From a virus (Duplodnaviria > Caudoviricetes): a stretch of 37,800 nt of DNA. The stretch lies in IMG/VR virus record IMGVR_UViG_3300031857_000560, positions 1-37,800 of that record; one strand, written 5' to 3'. The notes beneath the pieces are model-generated. The model was not told where the DNA came from, ran no database searches, and worked only from the letters and a program-made list of their open reading frames with translations. Shown here in pieces: positions 9,044-17,997 of the stretch (position 1 is the stretch's first letter; each line of letters starts with the position of its first letter). A program made the position numbers and the translations under genes.

Positions 9044-9547
9044 TTACCAGCATTTAGTGTAATCTAGCAATTCACTTTGTCTGCTTACTTCTTTAACAAA
9101 GTAAGTACATTGTGGTTTATCGCCAGAATGTAAAGGTGTACATAGTAATTGTCCCGAACGCATTTTTGGAAAGTACCATTTAACTTCTTGATAAACGTCA
9201 ATAATATCAATATCTAAAAATGCTGGTCTAAAACCTGATAAGGGGTTAAAGCAAAATGTTTTAAATCCTCTATCGTTAAGACTAGTCAATGGCAAAATTT
9301 CCATATCCGGTCCTTCGGGATCTCCTACAACTGTGCACCAATCAAGAGGCATCATTATTTCGTAAGGACCGATTTGTAGTTGAGCTGCTGGACCTGTAAA
9401 ACTTTCTAAAAAGATTAAGGGAATGAAAAAATAGTCAGGATTTTGATTATCGCTATTATCTAGTATTGCGAATCTTAGATCGTCATTTACTTCTTCTGGT
9501 AGATCGTTTAAAAAAAATGTTTTGTTTTCTAATGTGAGTATTTGCAT
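9044..9547 (-). CDS. hypothetical beta-rich protein
   Basis: 167 aa tightly packed downstream of uvsW. Confidence 0.75.
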   Translation of the reverse strand: MQILTLENKTFFLNDLPEEVNDDLRFAILDNSDNQNPDYFFIPLIFLESFTGPAAQLQIGPYEIMMPLDWCTVVGDPEGPDMEILPLTSLNDRGFKTFCFNPLSGFRPAFLDIDIIDVYQEVKWYFPKMRSGQLLCTPLHSGDKPQCTYFVKEVSRQSELLDYTKCW

Positions 9548-9561
9548 GATTATTAATTTTA

Positions 9562-11019
9562 TTATATATACTTTGTTTTTTCAATACTAAAAGGATATTT
9601 TGCATCTTTGTAGTATTTTTTACGTTCAGTTAAATGACGTTTGGCATATTTTGTACTTGCCGTAATATCCCATATTTCTACATGATCTTTGTCTTCTGCT
9701 TTTCTAATACCTCTCCCAATGCTTTGTATAACTCTAACAAAGCTCTTTCCGGGTTCCAAAAGAACCAGATTAAAAATACGAGGAATATTAATACCCACAG
9801 CGGCCACACCGTAAGTCGCCACAATAATCTTGTTAGTAGCAGTTTTAATTTCATCGTATTCTTCTTTTCTATCTTTTGTTTTCACTTCGCCCGATATAAA
9901 CACACTGTCTGGCAATTCGTTTATCATAAATTTTCCACTTTCAATTCTATCCACTAGAACTAAAGTATTACCAGAATTTGCAATTTGTTTAATCAAACGA
10001 CTAATATAAGTCATTCTTTCTGAGTCGGTGACCAAATATTTTAGTTCTTCTGCATAGCTACCAAATTCTTTCCATTCGGCAGTTTGTACAATGTTTACAT
10101 GGCAGTTACTCAACACGCCCTTGGCTTGTAATTCGTGAGCAGAAACTCGATGTACAACGTCTCCGATACTAGCTCGTAGTGCTTGATATTCAAAATCTTG
10201 TTTAGGGATAGTGCCAGTAAGTCCCCATCGAATAGGAGCGTTAGATAAATTTTGTGTTAGGATTTTTTTGAGGACTTCTGCCTTGGCCATATGGACTTCG
10301 TCAACCATTACGCAACGAATTCCGTCTAAAAATTCAGCTAATTTTAAGGCATCAAGTTCGTCATCATGTGATTTTTTGTCTAAAATATTCAAACTTTGCC
10401 AAGTACAAATAGTGTGAGTTCTTGTTAGGTCTTTTCTATCACCGTAGTAAACACCAACGTCCAAACCGCAGTTAACAAAGTCTTCTTCTGTTTGTTCAAC
10501 AAGGCTTTTGTTAGGTACAATAGTTACAGTTTTTCCATATTTTTCGCAAATTTTTGCCAAAGTTGCGGTAGTAATGGTTTTGCCAAAACCAGTAGCAATT
10601 TCTTGTAGGCATTGAGGATTTTCTAAAAATTTATTAATAACTTCGACTTGATCATCGCGTAGACGAATAGGGTGGCCTTCAAAGCGATGTCCTTTAGGCC
10701 AGCATTTTTCACCCCAAAAATCTTCAAAAATTTCAGTAAATTTTAGGTCTGTAGCAATACGTTGATCTTCAAGTTCAATGTAATAATTTCTGCTTTCTAA
10801 AAATTCTAAAACTTGTTGAAGCATAGAAAGATAAGTAGTTCCTCCTAGCCCAAAAAATGAAATTGTACCGTCCCATCGACCTAATTTATAGGCAGGACGA
10901 TAGCGAGCAGTGGGATCTTCGTACTTAAACTTTTTAACCAATGCTTTTCTAGTGTCAAGATCAAGATTTTCAATCTTAACATTAATTTCATCTTTAATTA
11001 TAACTTTACATGTTGCCAA
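9562..11019 (-). CDS. uvsW: UvsW-like SF2 DNA helicase
   Basis: YKLGRWDG N-domain, LRDDQ, ATGFGKT, DEVH, GLTGT, QSIGRGIR. Confidence 0.9.
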   Translation of the reverse strand: MATCKVIIKDEINVKIENLDLDTRKALVKKFKYEDPTARYRPAYKLGRWDGTISFFGLGGTTYLSMLQQVLEFLESRNYYIELEDQRIATDLKFTEIFEDFWGEKCWPKGHRFEGHPIRLRDDQVEVINKFLENPQCLQEIATGFGKTITTATLAKICEKYGKTVTIVPNKSLVEQTEEDFVNCGLDVGVYYGDRKDLTRTHTICTWQSLNILDKKSHDDELDALKLAEFLDGIRCVMVDEVHMAKAEVLKKILTQNLSNAPIRWGLTGTIPKQDFEYQALRASIGDVVHRVSAHELQAKGVLSNCHVNIVQTAEWKEFGSYAEELKYLVTDSERMTYISRLIKQIANSGNTLVLVDRIESGKFMINELPDSVFISGEVKTKDRKEEYDEIKTATNKIIVATYGVAAVGINIPRIFNLVLLEPGKSFVRVIQSIGRGIRKAEDKDHVEIWDITASTKYAKRHLTERKKYYKDAKYPFSIEKTKYI

Positions 11020-12187
11020 AATTTAGTTTCCTATTGTGTGTTTCTAAAATATTAATTACATTAGGTTGAAAACGCAAAAATTCTTTCATTTTATAATGTG
11101 CTGTATAAAAATTATAGTTTAACACAGAATTAAATATTTTCTTAGGTTCTAAAATAGTTTTAGGAATATGTTCGCTAATAAAAATTATTTTTGTTTTCTC
11201 AGTCACAGAAGAGTTTAATTTGTTATCTCGTACATATTCGTTAAAATCTTTACCTCCATCTGTTGGAAGTCGAAAAAGTACGCTCATTTCTGAATTATCT
11301 ATATTCAGTTCGTGAAAAAAGTCAATAGTGTTTTGTAATTTTGTTAATTCTGATCCATTAGAGATTACAACAAGACATGGTAGTAAATGTTTAACAATAT
11401 TTTTTAATGAATTTATTGGTTTTTCGGTTAAAATTAATGAAAATGCATCACTGGGGTTAGTTTTTAAAAATGTTCTAACTTCAGGATCAATATTGTCTGA
11501 ATTAATTTCTTTATCAATTGCCTCGTCCCACGTATAGATACCTAATTTTCGTGCCATGAACAATGATTCTACCAGATCACTCGATGTAATTTTAGGGAAA
11601 TGTTCAACAACATTAATAAAATTAAAATTCTCCTCATTTTTAGTGATCATGGGCACATGATGTTCGATGTTTTTTTGAATACTTTGAATTTGGTTCATGT
11701 ATTTTACAAATTCATCATCACATGTGAAGTTATATTCTGGTAGCAATAACATTAAAAACTGTACACTGGCTTCTTCTAATGAAAAAAGCCATGCTCGTTC
11801 GCTATCATTCCATTGGCAATGAAAAAATTTAGGTTTTTCTTGTCTAAACTTTGTTACAATTTTTTCATCATAAGGAAATTCGACCTTTATCAATTTTATA
11901 TGGGTCGGGTCGCTGATAATTTTTATGGATTGTGACAAGTTTATCACTCGGAAAGGGTATTTGAATTGAGGATTTTCAAGAAAAGGTGAAATATCAATTA
12001 ACAATGCCTGTGTTAATTTTATTTTATATTTTTTCAATAATGAAACAGCCAGCTTTCCTTGTTTTTCAGTGAGATAGTTACCGAATTTAAGTTGGTCATC
12101 TAAACTTAGCATAAGTTTAAGGTCAAAAGAATTCATTCCCGCAACAAAGGAACGAGTTAAATGAGAAATAAGTGTATCAATATACAT
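11006..12187 (-). CDS. hypothetical protein with HARP-like segment
   Basis: 393 aa between uvsY and uvsW; VEFPYDEKIVTKFR...WNDSERAWLF resembles the HARP motif. Confidence 0.55.
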   Translation of the reverse strand: MYIDTLISHLTRSFVAGMNSFDLKLMLSLDDQLKFGNYLTEKQGKLAVSLLKKYKIKLTQALLIDISPFLENPQFKYPFRVINLSQSIKIISDPTHIKLIKVEFPYDEKIVTKFRQEKPKFFHCQWNDSERAWLFSLEEASVQFLMLLLPEYNFTCDDEFVKYMNQIQSIQKNIEHHVPMITKNEENFNFINVVEHFPKITSSDLVESLFMARKLGIYTWDEAIDKEINSDNIDPEVRTFLKTNPSDAFSLILTEKPINSLKNIVKHLLPCLVVISNGSELTKLQNTIDFFHELNIDNSEMSVLFRLPTDGGKDFNEYVRDNKLNSSVTEKTKIIFISEHIPKTILEPKKIFNSVLNYNFYTAHYKMKEFLRFQPNVINILETHNRKLNFGNM

Positions 12188-12642
12188 TATAATGTAATAT
12201 CTTCTAATCCGGCGGTTCTCAGTTTAATTATATTGCTCAATTGCCATTGTTTGATGTCAAGAGACTTAATAATACCAAGCCATTGATTTCTTAACATGGC
12301 AAATTCGTTAATAATTATCTCCATATCAACTACGTCTGCTTCGCCATCGACATATTTTTCAACATCTCGACTGCTCAATGCACGTTGATAATTTTCTAGA
12401 TACTTTTTAAAAACTTTACTGCGTGTTCTTCTTAATTCAATATTAAGGTACTCTAAAATTGCTTCAATTTCTTGAAGTTGATTGAAGCGATGTTCAACAA
12501 TTCCAGGTAAAGAAGCCGAAGCCTTTTCAACATTTCCATGTATCCGAGCTTCGGCTTTAGCTGAGTTAAGTTCTTGATAAAAGTATTCTATGCAGTCAGG
12601 AAGATTAGTAATATCTTTACTAATTTTAGAATACCATGACAT
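12187..12642 (-). CDS. uvsY: UvsY-like recombination mediator
   Basis: 151-aa helical protein, LSSRDVEKYVDGEAD...IKSLDIKQWQLSNIIKLR; lies in the uvsX-uvsW cluster. Confidence 0.75.
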   Translation of the reverse strand: MSWYSKISKDITNLPDCIEYFYQELNSAKAEARIHGNVEKASASLPGIVEHRFNQLQEIEAILEYLNIELRRTRSKVFKKYLENYQRALSSRDVEKYVDGEADVVDMEIIINEFAMLRNQWLGIIKSLDIKQWQLSNIIKLRTAGLEDITL

Positions 12643-12887
12643 TAATAGTCCTCGTCGTCTCCGTAATCAACATCGTCTTCGCCATCTAAAGACTTATATT
12701 CTTCAACTACAAGGTCAATAGCCTCGTCAAGATGTGAATCGAAACCTTTAAGACCTTGAAGAGTCTCAAGTTCAACATCTTTTCCAACTAAAAAATCGAC
12801 AAATTGATTTGCAGCATGTTCTTTATTCTTATCTGGTACATATTCTTTAAATGTATCCCAAATTTCAATAATTAATTCTTCGTTCAT
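12642..12887 (-). CDS. small acidic hypothetical protein
   Basis: 81 aa, D/E-rich tail DGEDDVDYGDDEDY, coupled to uvsX and uvsY. Confidence 0.75.
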   Translation of the reverse strand: MNEELIIEIWDTFKEYVPDKNKEHAANQFVDFLVGKDVELETLQGLKGFDSHLDEAIDLVVEEYKSLDGEDDVDYGDDEDY

Positions 12888-13945
12888 TCTGCATCCTCTG
12901 TTTCTTCTGTATTGGAAATAGTAGATTGGACAGTTGTGTTATCCCATTCTAACATAATAGTCATTAGTTTATCTTCAGACCAATTTTTGCGGAATTCTGA
13001 AACAATTTCACCTGTCTTCTTACTTACATATTGTAACTTATTTCCGCTTTTTGTCAAGACTCCCATTTTTTCAAACATGTCAACTAACCCAGAGGTGGGT
13101 GCCATGCCTGTTGAATAGGGAATTTTAACTTGAACTGATTCAAAAGGTTTAGCATAACGAGTTTTCATGATTTTACAAGCACTACGAATGCCTAGTACAT
13201 CACTTACTTTGTTACCGTCTTCGTCTTCCTTGAGTTTCAACTTTTTCATTGCAACGACAATACTCGATGCATAGATAAATCCTTGACCGCCGCTAATTTT
13301 ATCATCCGGATCAAACATATCCTGACTAGCATATGTGTGATTAGTTGCAACTAATCCAACATTATAACTACCAAACATGTTAACACAATTCCGAACTAGT
13401 GCTGTCAATGCCTTAGGCTTACGACCCATGTCACCCTTTAAGTCGCCTGCTTCAAACTGATTTAAATCAGTAGGAGTAAGCAACATTCCAAGTGAATCGA
13501 TCACGAACAATACCTTCATACGTTCATCTTCGGGCATTGCACGATATTCTTTCATAAACTCACTAATAGTCTTAGCAACATCGTCGATCATTGCTACGTT
13601 AAGTTTAAGAAGTTTATTTTCACTAGTATCAACACCTAGTGCATGAAGCCATGCTTCGTCAAGTGCATTTTCTGTATCAACAAGGATAACATAAATGCCC
13701 TGTTCTTGTGCATGACGAATAATATTACCAGAGCAAATATAGCTCTTACCTGCACCAGATTCACCTGCAAACACCGTTACCTTACCAAGGGGGACTCCCT
13801 TGAAGAAGTCCCCGCTGATAAGATAGTTTAGGGCGTAATTGCCAGTTGAAACCCAGTCTGTAGGATCGTTAAATCCGATACCAAGTCCTTCGATAGACTT
13901 AGTGATAGATTTACGAAACTTTGAAATATCAAAGGCTTTTCCCAT
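12884..13945 (-). CDS. uvsX: UvsX/RecA-like recombinase
   Basis: GESGAGKS, DTENA, VIDSLG, NHTY, SGG.GF.YASS, KTR; SD AAGGAG. Confidence 0.93.
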   Translation of the reverse strand: MGKAFDISKFRKSITKSIEGLGIGFNDPTDWVSTGNYALNYLISGDFFKGVPLGKVTVFAGESGAGKSYICSGNIIRHAQEQGIYVILVDTENALDEAWLHALGVDTSENKLLKLNVAMIDDVAKTISEFMKEYRAMPEDERMKVLFVIDSLGMLLTPTDLNQFEAGDLKGDMGRKPKALTALVRNCVNMFGSYNVGLVATNHTYASQDMFDPDDKISGGQGFIYASSIVVAMKKLKLKEDEDGNKVSDVLGIRSACKIMKTRYAKPFESVQVKIPYSTGMAPTSGLVDMFEKMGVLTKSGNKLQYVSKKTGEIVSEFRKNWSEDKLMTIMLEWDNTTVQSTISNTEETEDAE

Positions 13946-13955
13946 AACCGTCTCC

Positions 13956-14963
13956 TTATTGAGTTTGACGCTTACGGATCATAGCAATGATATCTGCTGC
14001 ACGATTGCTAGCATCGTTGCTTGCTGTCTTCTTTGAAGAATCAGTATCGAACGGTGGCTCTTCACTTTCTACTACTGCTGGTTTCGCAGCAGTTTTAGCG
14101 GGTGCTGGAGCCGCAGCTTCAAAAGGGACGTCGTCTTCCTCTACACCTGATTTTGCCTTAGGTTGGCTAGCTGCTGTACTAGCATAGCCACTTGGCTTAA
14201 AGTATTGACCCCAACGATCCATATCAAATGCTTCGCCGTCAACGCTGGCTTCGAACATTTCCTTAATAACCTTAAGTTCAACCTCGCCTGGCTTCTTAGG
14301 TAAGAAGTCCTTAAGATTAAACAAACCATATTGATCAATTGCTGCCTTTTCATCGGCGCTAAGAGCACGTTCACGACGAGCCCAATTGCTTGTTGAATAG
14401 TCAGCATAACCGCCTTTGCTTGTCTTAGTGATCTTGAAGTCAAGCCCACGAACAAAGTCAGTAGGAAGTTCTTCGATTTCACTATCCATTAGTGCATTCT
14501 TAACAATGTTAAAAATCTGTGAACCAATGATAAAGCGACGGATAGGATTTTCAGGTGTCTTATCTTCTTGAAGCTTACTGTCAACAACAAAGCCTTGGAA
14601 CAAGTAAGACTTTTTCTTCCAATACTTACGACCCATTTCTTCTAGACTCTTATCCTTAAACCAAGGACGAACTTCAGTAAGGATGGGGCAAGTTTCGTTC
14701 CACATTTCCATACAAGGAACTTGTACAGTTACTGGTTTAGAACTAGTTTCACCTTTAACGCCAGCAAAAGGCAATTTGATCATTGCACGTTCGATCCAGA
14801 AAAAAGTGTTATTTGAATCGCCGTCTGGTAGAAAACGGACTGTTGCTGTTTGACCTTCTTGAATATTCCAATGCGGGTAAATTGCATTGTCTCCGCCTGT
14901 TGAACCAGTATTAGTTTGAGCGGATTGTTGTAGTTTTGCGCGAATTTCTGCTAAAGTTGCCAT
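13956..14963 (-). CDS. single-stranded DNA-binding protein (T4 gp32-like)
   Basis: ATVRFLP, CMEMW..TCPI, GLDFKITK...YADYSTS; low-complexity acidic/Ala-Pro C-terminal linker. Confidence 0.88.
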   Translation of the reverse strand: MATLAEIRAKLQQSAQTNTGSTGGDNAIYPHWNIQEGQTATVRFLPDGDSNNTFFWIERAMIKLPFAGVKGETSSKPVTVQVPCMEMWNETCPILTEVRPWFKDKSLEEMGRKYWKKKSYLFQGFVVDSKLQEDKTPENPIRRFIIGSQIFNIVKNALMDSEIEELPTDFVRGLDFKITKTSKGGYADYSTSNWARRERALSADEKAAIDQYGLFNLKDFLPKKPGEVELKVIKEMFEASVDGEAFDMDRWGQYFKPSGYASTAASQPKAKSGVEEDDVPFEAAAPAPAKTAAKPAVVESEEPPFDTDSSKKTASNDASNRAADIIAMIRKRQTQ

Positions 14964-15020
14964 AATGTTTTTCCTTAATGTTAGATTATGTTATGCCATT
15001 TCTTTAAAGCCCACTGACTA

Positions 15021-15059
15021 AAAAGAAAAAGTGCGTATAGGATTAACTATACACACTTT
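15021..15059 (-). terminator. intrinsic terminator after the 682-aa gene
   Basis: Minus strand AAAGTGTGTATAG-TTAATC-CTATACGCACTTT stem (one G:U) followed by TTCTTTT. Confidence 0.7.
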
Positions 15060-15066
15060 ATTTATA
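15059..15066 (-). promoter_or_regulatory. T4-type late promoter upstream of the gp32-like gene
   Basis: Perfect TATAAATA on the minus strand. Confidence 0.65.
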
Positions 15067-15088
15067 AAAAACAACAATAATGGTTAAA

Positions 15089-17137
15089 TTATTTTGTCAA
15101 ACCTGCCAATTTTTTCAAAGCTGCCATTTCTGGTAATGGACCTTTTGGACCGCTAACTCCACCTTGACTCTGAGTGAACTTCATTTTATCTTTTAGTCTT
15201 TCTGTTCCACGATCAAAATCTCTCTGTTTACCAGCAGGAGTTTTGTTAATACTACTTATTCTACCTCTACCGGCTAAATCGTTATAAGGATTGAAATTTT
15301 TCTGATGTACTTCTTCTACATCTTTTTCTTCTAATTTAGATTTTAAATTGCCTACTAGTTCTTTTAATCTTTGTATATCATCTGTTTTTTCGCCCATAAG
15401 TTTATCGCCATGACGTTGTTGCCATTTCATGGTTAACTTTTCCATATATTTTTCAGCTATAACACGAGCTTGTTTTCCAGCTTTTTCTCCAAATTTTTCG
15501 CTAATAGTTTTTTCAACATCAAGTAAAATACCTTCATGCCCGTTAAATGGGCCTACATTTGGATTTGACTCGTTGAATCTGCTCTTTACTAACTTTGCAA
15601 TTTCTTCAATCATTGAACCTTTTTTGTCGACACTTTCTGGTACTAGGCCGGTGCCTGACATCTCATCATTTTCAGCTGCTGGTTGTTCTGCAGGAGCAGG
15701 TTGAGCAGCAGGTTCAGCTCCTGGCTCGGCAGCAGGTTGAGCCCCTGCTTCGGGAGGAGTTTCATCATTACTCATTCCTAATGCTACTAATAATTCTGGA
15801 TAGTTATCTTCGGCCCAGCTTTTTAAAACTTCCATAGAGTCTGTTGTTGAATCTAAGTCGGCTGCAGATTTTAGTTTATCTTCTAGGTCGGAATCTTTCA
15901 GTCCAAGTTCGCTAAAAAATTGCCAAGCTGTTTGTCCATCGGGGCCTAATTCTAATTTGCCATTTGGTAATTCTTCTATTGCTTGTTTTAGTTGTTCAAT
16001 TTGATCGTCTGTTAATTTGCCTTGTTCAGTTGCTTCTGCCCATTGTTCAAATTCTTCAAATGCATTCTCTTTTACTTCGTCGTCTTCTTCATCATCACTA
16101 GTTGTTTCTTCTTTTACATAATCTTCTAAATCAATTTTTTCTTGCATTATGCTATGTATTAATGGGAATAGTTTGCCTAGTTCTTCATTAAATTTTGATT
16201 GTGTAAATGCTGATTTATAGCTTTCAAATGTTACAGGATCTAATTCTGATAACATTTCGTCATCATGTTCTGTTTCATTAAATTCTGATAACCAAGATTC
16301 ATAATAGTTACGTCTACCCAAAGCTTCGATTTTTGTTTTAAGTTCGTGTAGTCGGCCTACGGCCCTTTCGGATATTCCAGTTGCGTCATCGTTTAAGGTA
16401 GAACTTTGGACTTGTCTTCTAAATTCTTGTAATTGAGCAATTTGTTCGCTCATTTTAATAATTGCCTTACCTGCAGGATCGTGTGGGATGCCGCCGTGAT
16501 CAACGTGTTGAGCCATTGCAAATGCGCCTGCCGGATGTATAAATGGATATTTAAATCTTTCTCCGTCTGAATTTTCTATATAAATTGCCTTAATTCTTTT
16601 CGGATTACTACGGTCACCAATTCGTCTTTCGGCCATTGATTCAGTATGTCTTACAATGACCTGAGTGCGACCTTTTACCGCACGGCTTGTTTTTTTGGTG
16701 CTTTTTTCTGCAACCCAACGTGATTCGTTCATTTTTGTCATAGGTTCTTCTTCCTTTGAAGCCTGCTTAGAAGCCAAGTATTGAAAATCGTTTTTATCTA
16801 GATTTGTTTTAGCAATATCTCGTGTATCAAAACGTAATAATCTACGCATAGCAAACATACGCATTTCTTTTAAAAAGTTATACCACATTTTCTTAGAAAT
16901 AGCGTCTTTATTTTCTGTTATACCTTGGCTGTAATATATTTTTAAACTACCTAAATCATTTAGACTAACACTAACACGACCTAAGTTTACACCTTCATTG
17001 ATAAAATCAAAATCAAAAAATCGTGCTTCGGCTGGATCTAAAGTTACAGCACCAGTTTTATCTCCCATTTCTAAATTTTGAAAACGGCTACGTACCTTAT
17101 CAAAGAGGTCTTGAGAAATAATTTGTATTGCTTGCAT
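15089..17137 (-). CDS. large acidic protein, putative internal head/virion protein
   Basis: 682 aa, late motif and SD TAAGGA upstream, many hydrophobic-x-E sites (MNES, VKEE, VKEN, VPES), C-terminal LKKLAGL. Confidence 0.55.
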   Translation of the reverse strand: MQAIQIISQDLFDKVRSRFQNLEMGDKTGAVTLDPAEARFFDFDFINEGVNLGRVSVSLNDLGSLKIYYSQGITENKDAISKKMWYNFLKEMRMFAMRRLLRFDTRDIAKTNLDKNDFQYLASKQASKEEEPMTKMNESRWVAEKSTKKTSRAVKGRTQVIVRHTESMAERRIGDRSNPKRIKAIYIENSDGERFKYPFIHPAGAFAMAQHVDHGGIPHDPAGKAIIKMSEQIAQLQEFRRQVQSSTLNDDATGISERAVGRLHELKTKIEALGRRNYYESWLSEFNETEHDDEMLSELDPVTFESYKSAFTQSKFNEELGKLFPLIHSIMQEKIDLEDYVKEETTSDDEEDDEVKENAFEEFEQWAEATEQGKLTDDQIEQLKQAIEELPNGKLELGPDGQTAWQFFSELGLKDSDLEDKLKSAADLDSTTDSMEVLKSWAEDNYPELLVALGMSNDETPPEAGAQPAAEPGAEPAAQPAPAEQPAAENDEMSGTGLVPESVDKKGSMIEEIAKLVKSRFNESNPNVGPFNGHEGILLDVEKTISEKFGEKAGKQARVIAEKYMEKLTMKWQQRHGDKLMGEKTDDIQRLKELVGNLKSKLEEKDVEEVHQKNFNPYNDLAGRGRISSINKTPAGKQRDFDRGTERLKDKMKFTQSQGGVSGPKGPLPEMAALKKLAGLTK

Positions 17138-17155
17138 TTTATTATCCTTAGCAGA

Positions 17156-17163
17156 TATTTATC
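17156..17163 (-). promoter_or_regulatory. late promoter-like motif
   Basis: GATAAATA upstream of the SD and the ATG at 17137. Confidence 0.6.
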
Positions 17164-17182
17164 TAATATTCTTGTAAAATTT

Positions 17183-17995
17183 TTATATATCTATTTGATC
17201 ATTGTATGGTAAGGGAAAATTAAAAGGTTGATACCATTCATGTGCTTTATGAAAACATTTTATAAAATTTAATGAACTTTCTGGAATACTTTCCGGTCTA
17301 TATATAGCAAAAAGTTGTGTTTTTGTTTTTTTTGGAATAATTTCCATAGATGCTAAAATTTCAAAATAATTATCTCTGTGTAAATTTTCTAGATCACTAA
17401 CCATTAGTGATGCTGCTATATCCATAGTTTTTGAATCTGCTATATAAAATACATCATCTTTTAGATATATAGAATTTTCTAATTTATAATTTAAACAATA
17501 ATCTATATCTGATTGTAAACTATCATTGTTTGAAAAAATTATGTCAGGTCTTAATTTTATTACATAATCGTATGTAAAATTATTATCTTCTTCGTATATT
17601 TTTTTTAATTGATTTACCTTATACCATGAATACCAATGAGGCCTTAATTTCGGTTTAACATTTTTTTTTACAATGTTTTCATTAAATAGTTCTACTTCAA
17701 TTTTTTTAAATTGTTTTTTATATTTTTTTTGCATTTTGTCAATTACAGAAAAAGTATTTTCTGGTATGTATGGATTCAATGCTCTAAGATCTAAATTTCT
17801 ATATCCGCAATTTTTTTCTTTACATAATTCTCGAACTCGAATACTGTTATGATATACACCTTTATATTCGTTCGTATTCCATGTATGCATAAAAAAATCA
17901 ATATTAGGTAATAAATCTCCCATATATCTAATAAGATTGTCGGCAGCATAATCACCAGTTCGCACATGACCACAAAAACAAAATGCAATTTTCAT
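17183..17995 (-). CDS. hypothetical protein, possible glycosyltransferase-like
   Basis: MKIAFCFCGHVR, DFFMHTW, YDYVIKLRPD pattern; visibly more AT-rich than its neighbours. Confidence 0.45.
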   Translation of the reverse strand: MKIAFCFCGHVRTGDYAADNLIRYMGDLLPNIDFFMHTWNTNEYKGVYHNSIRVRELCKEKNCGYRNLDLRALNPYIPENTFSVIDKMQKKYKKQFKKIEVELFNENIVKKNVKPKLRPHWYSWYKVNQLKKIYEEDNNFTYDYVIKLRPDIIFSNNDSLQSDIDYCLNYKLENSIYLKDDVFYIADSKTMDIAASLMVSDLENLHRDNYFEILASMEIIPKKTKTQLFAIYRPESIPESSLNFIKCFHKAHEWYQPFNFPLPYNDQIDI

Positions 17996-17997
17996 AA

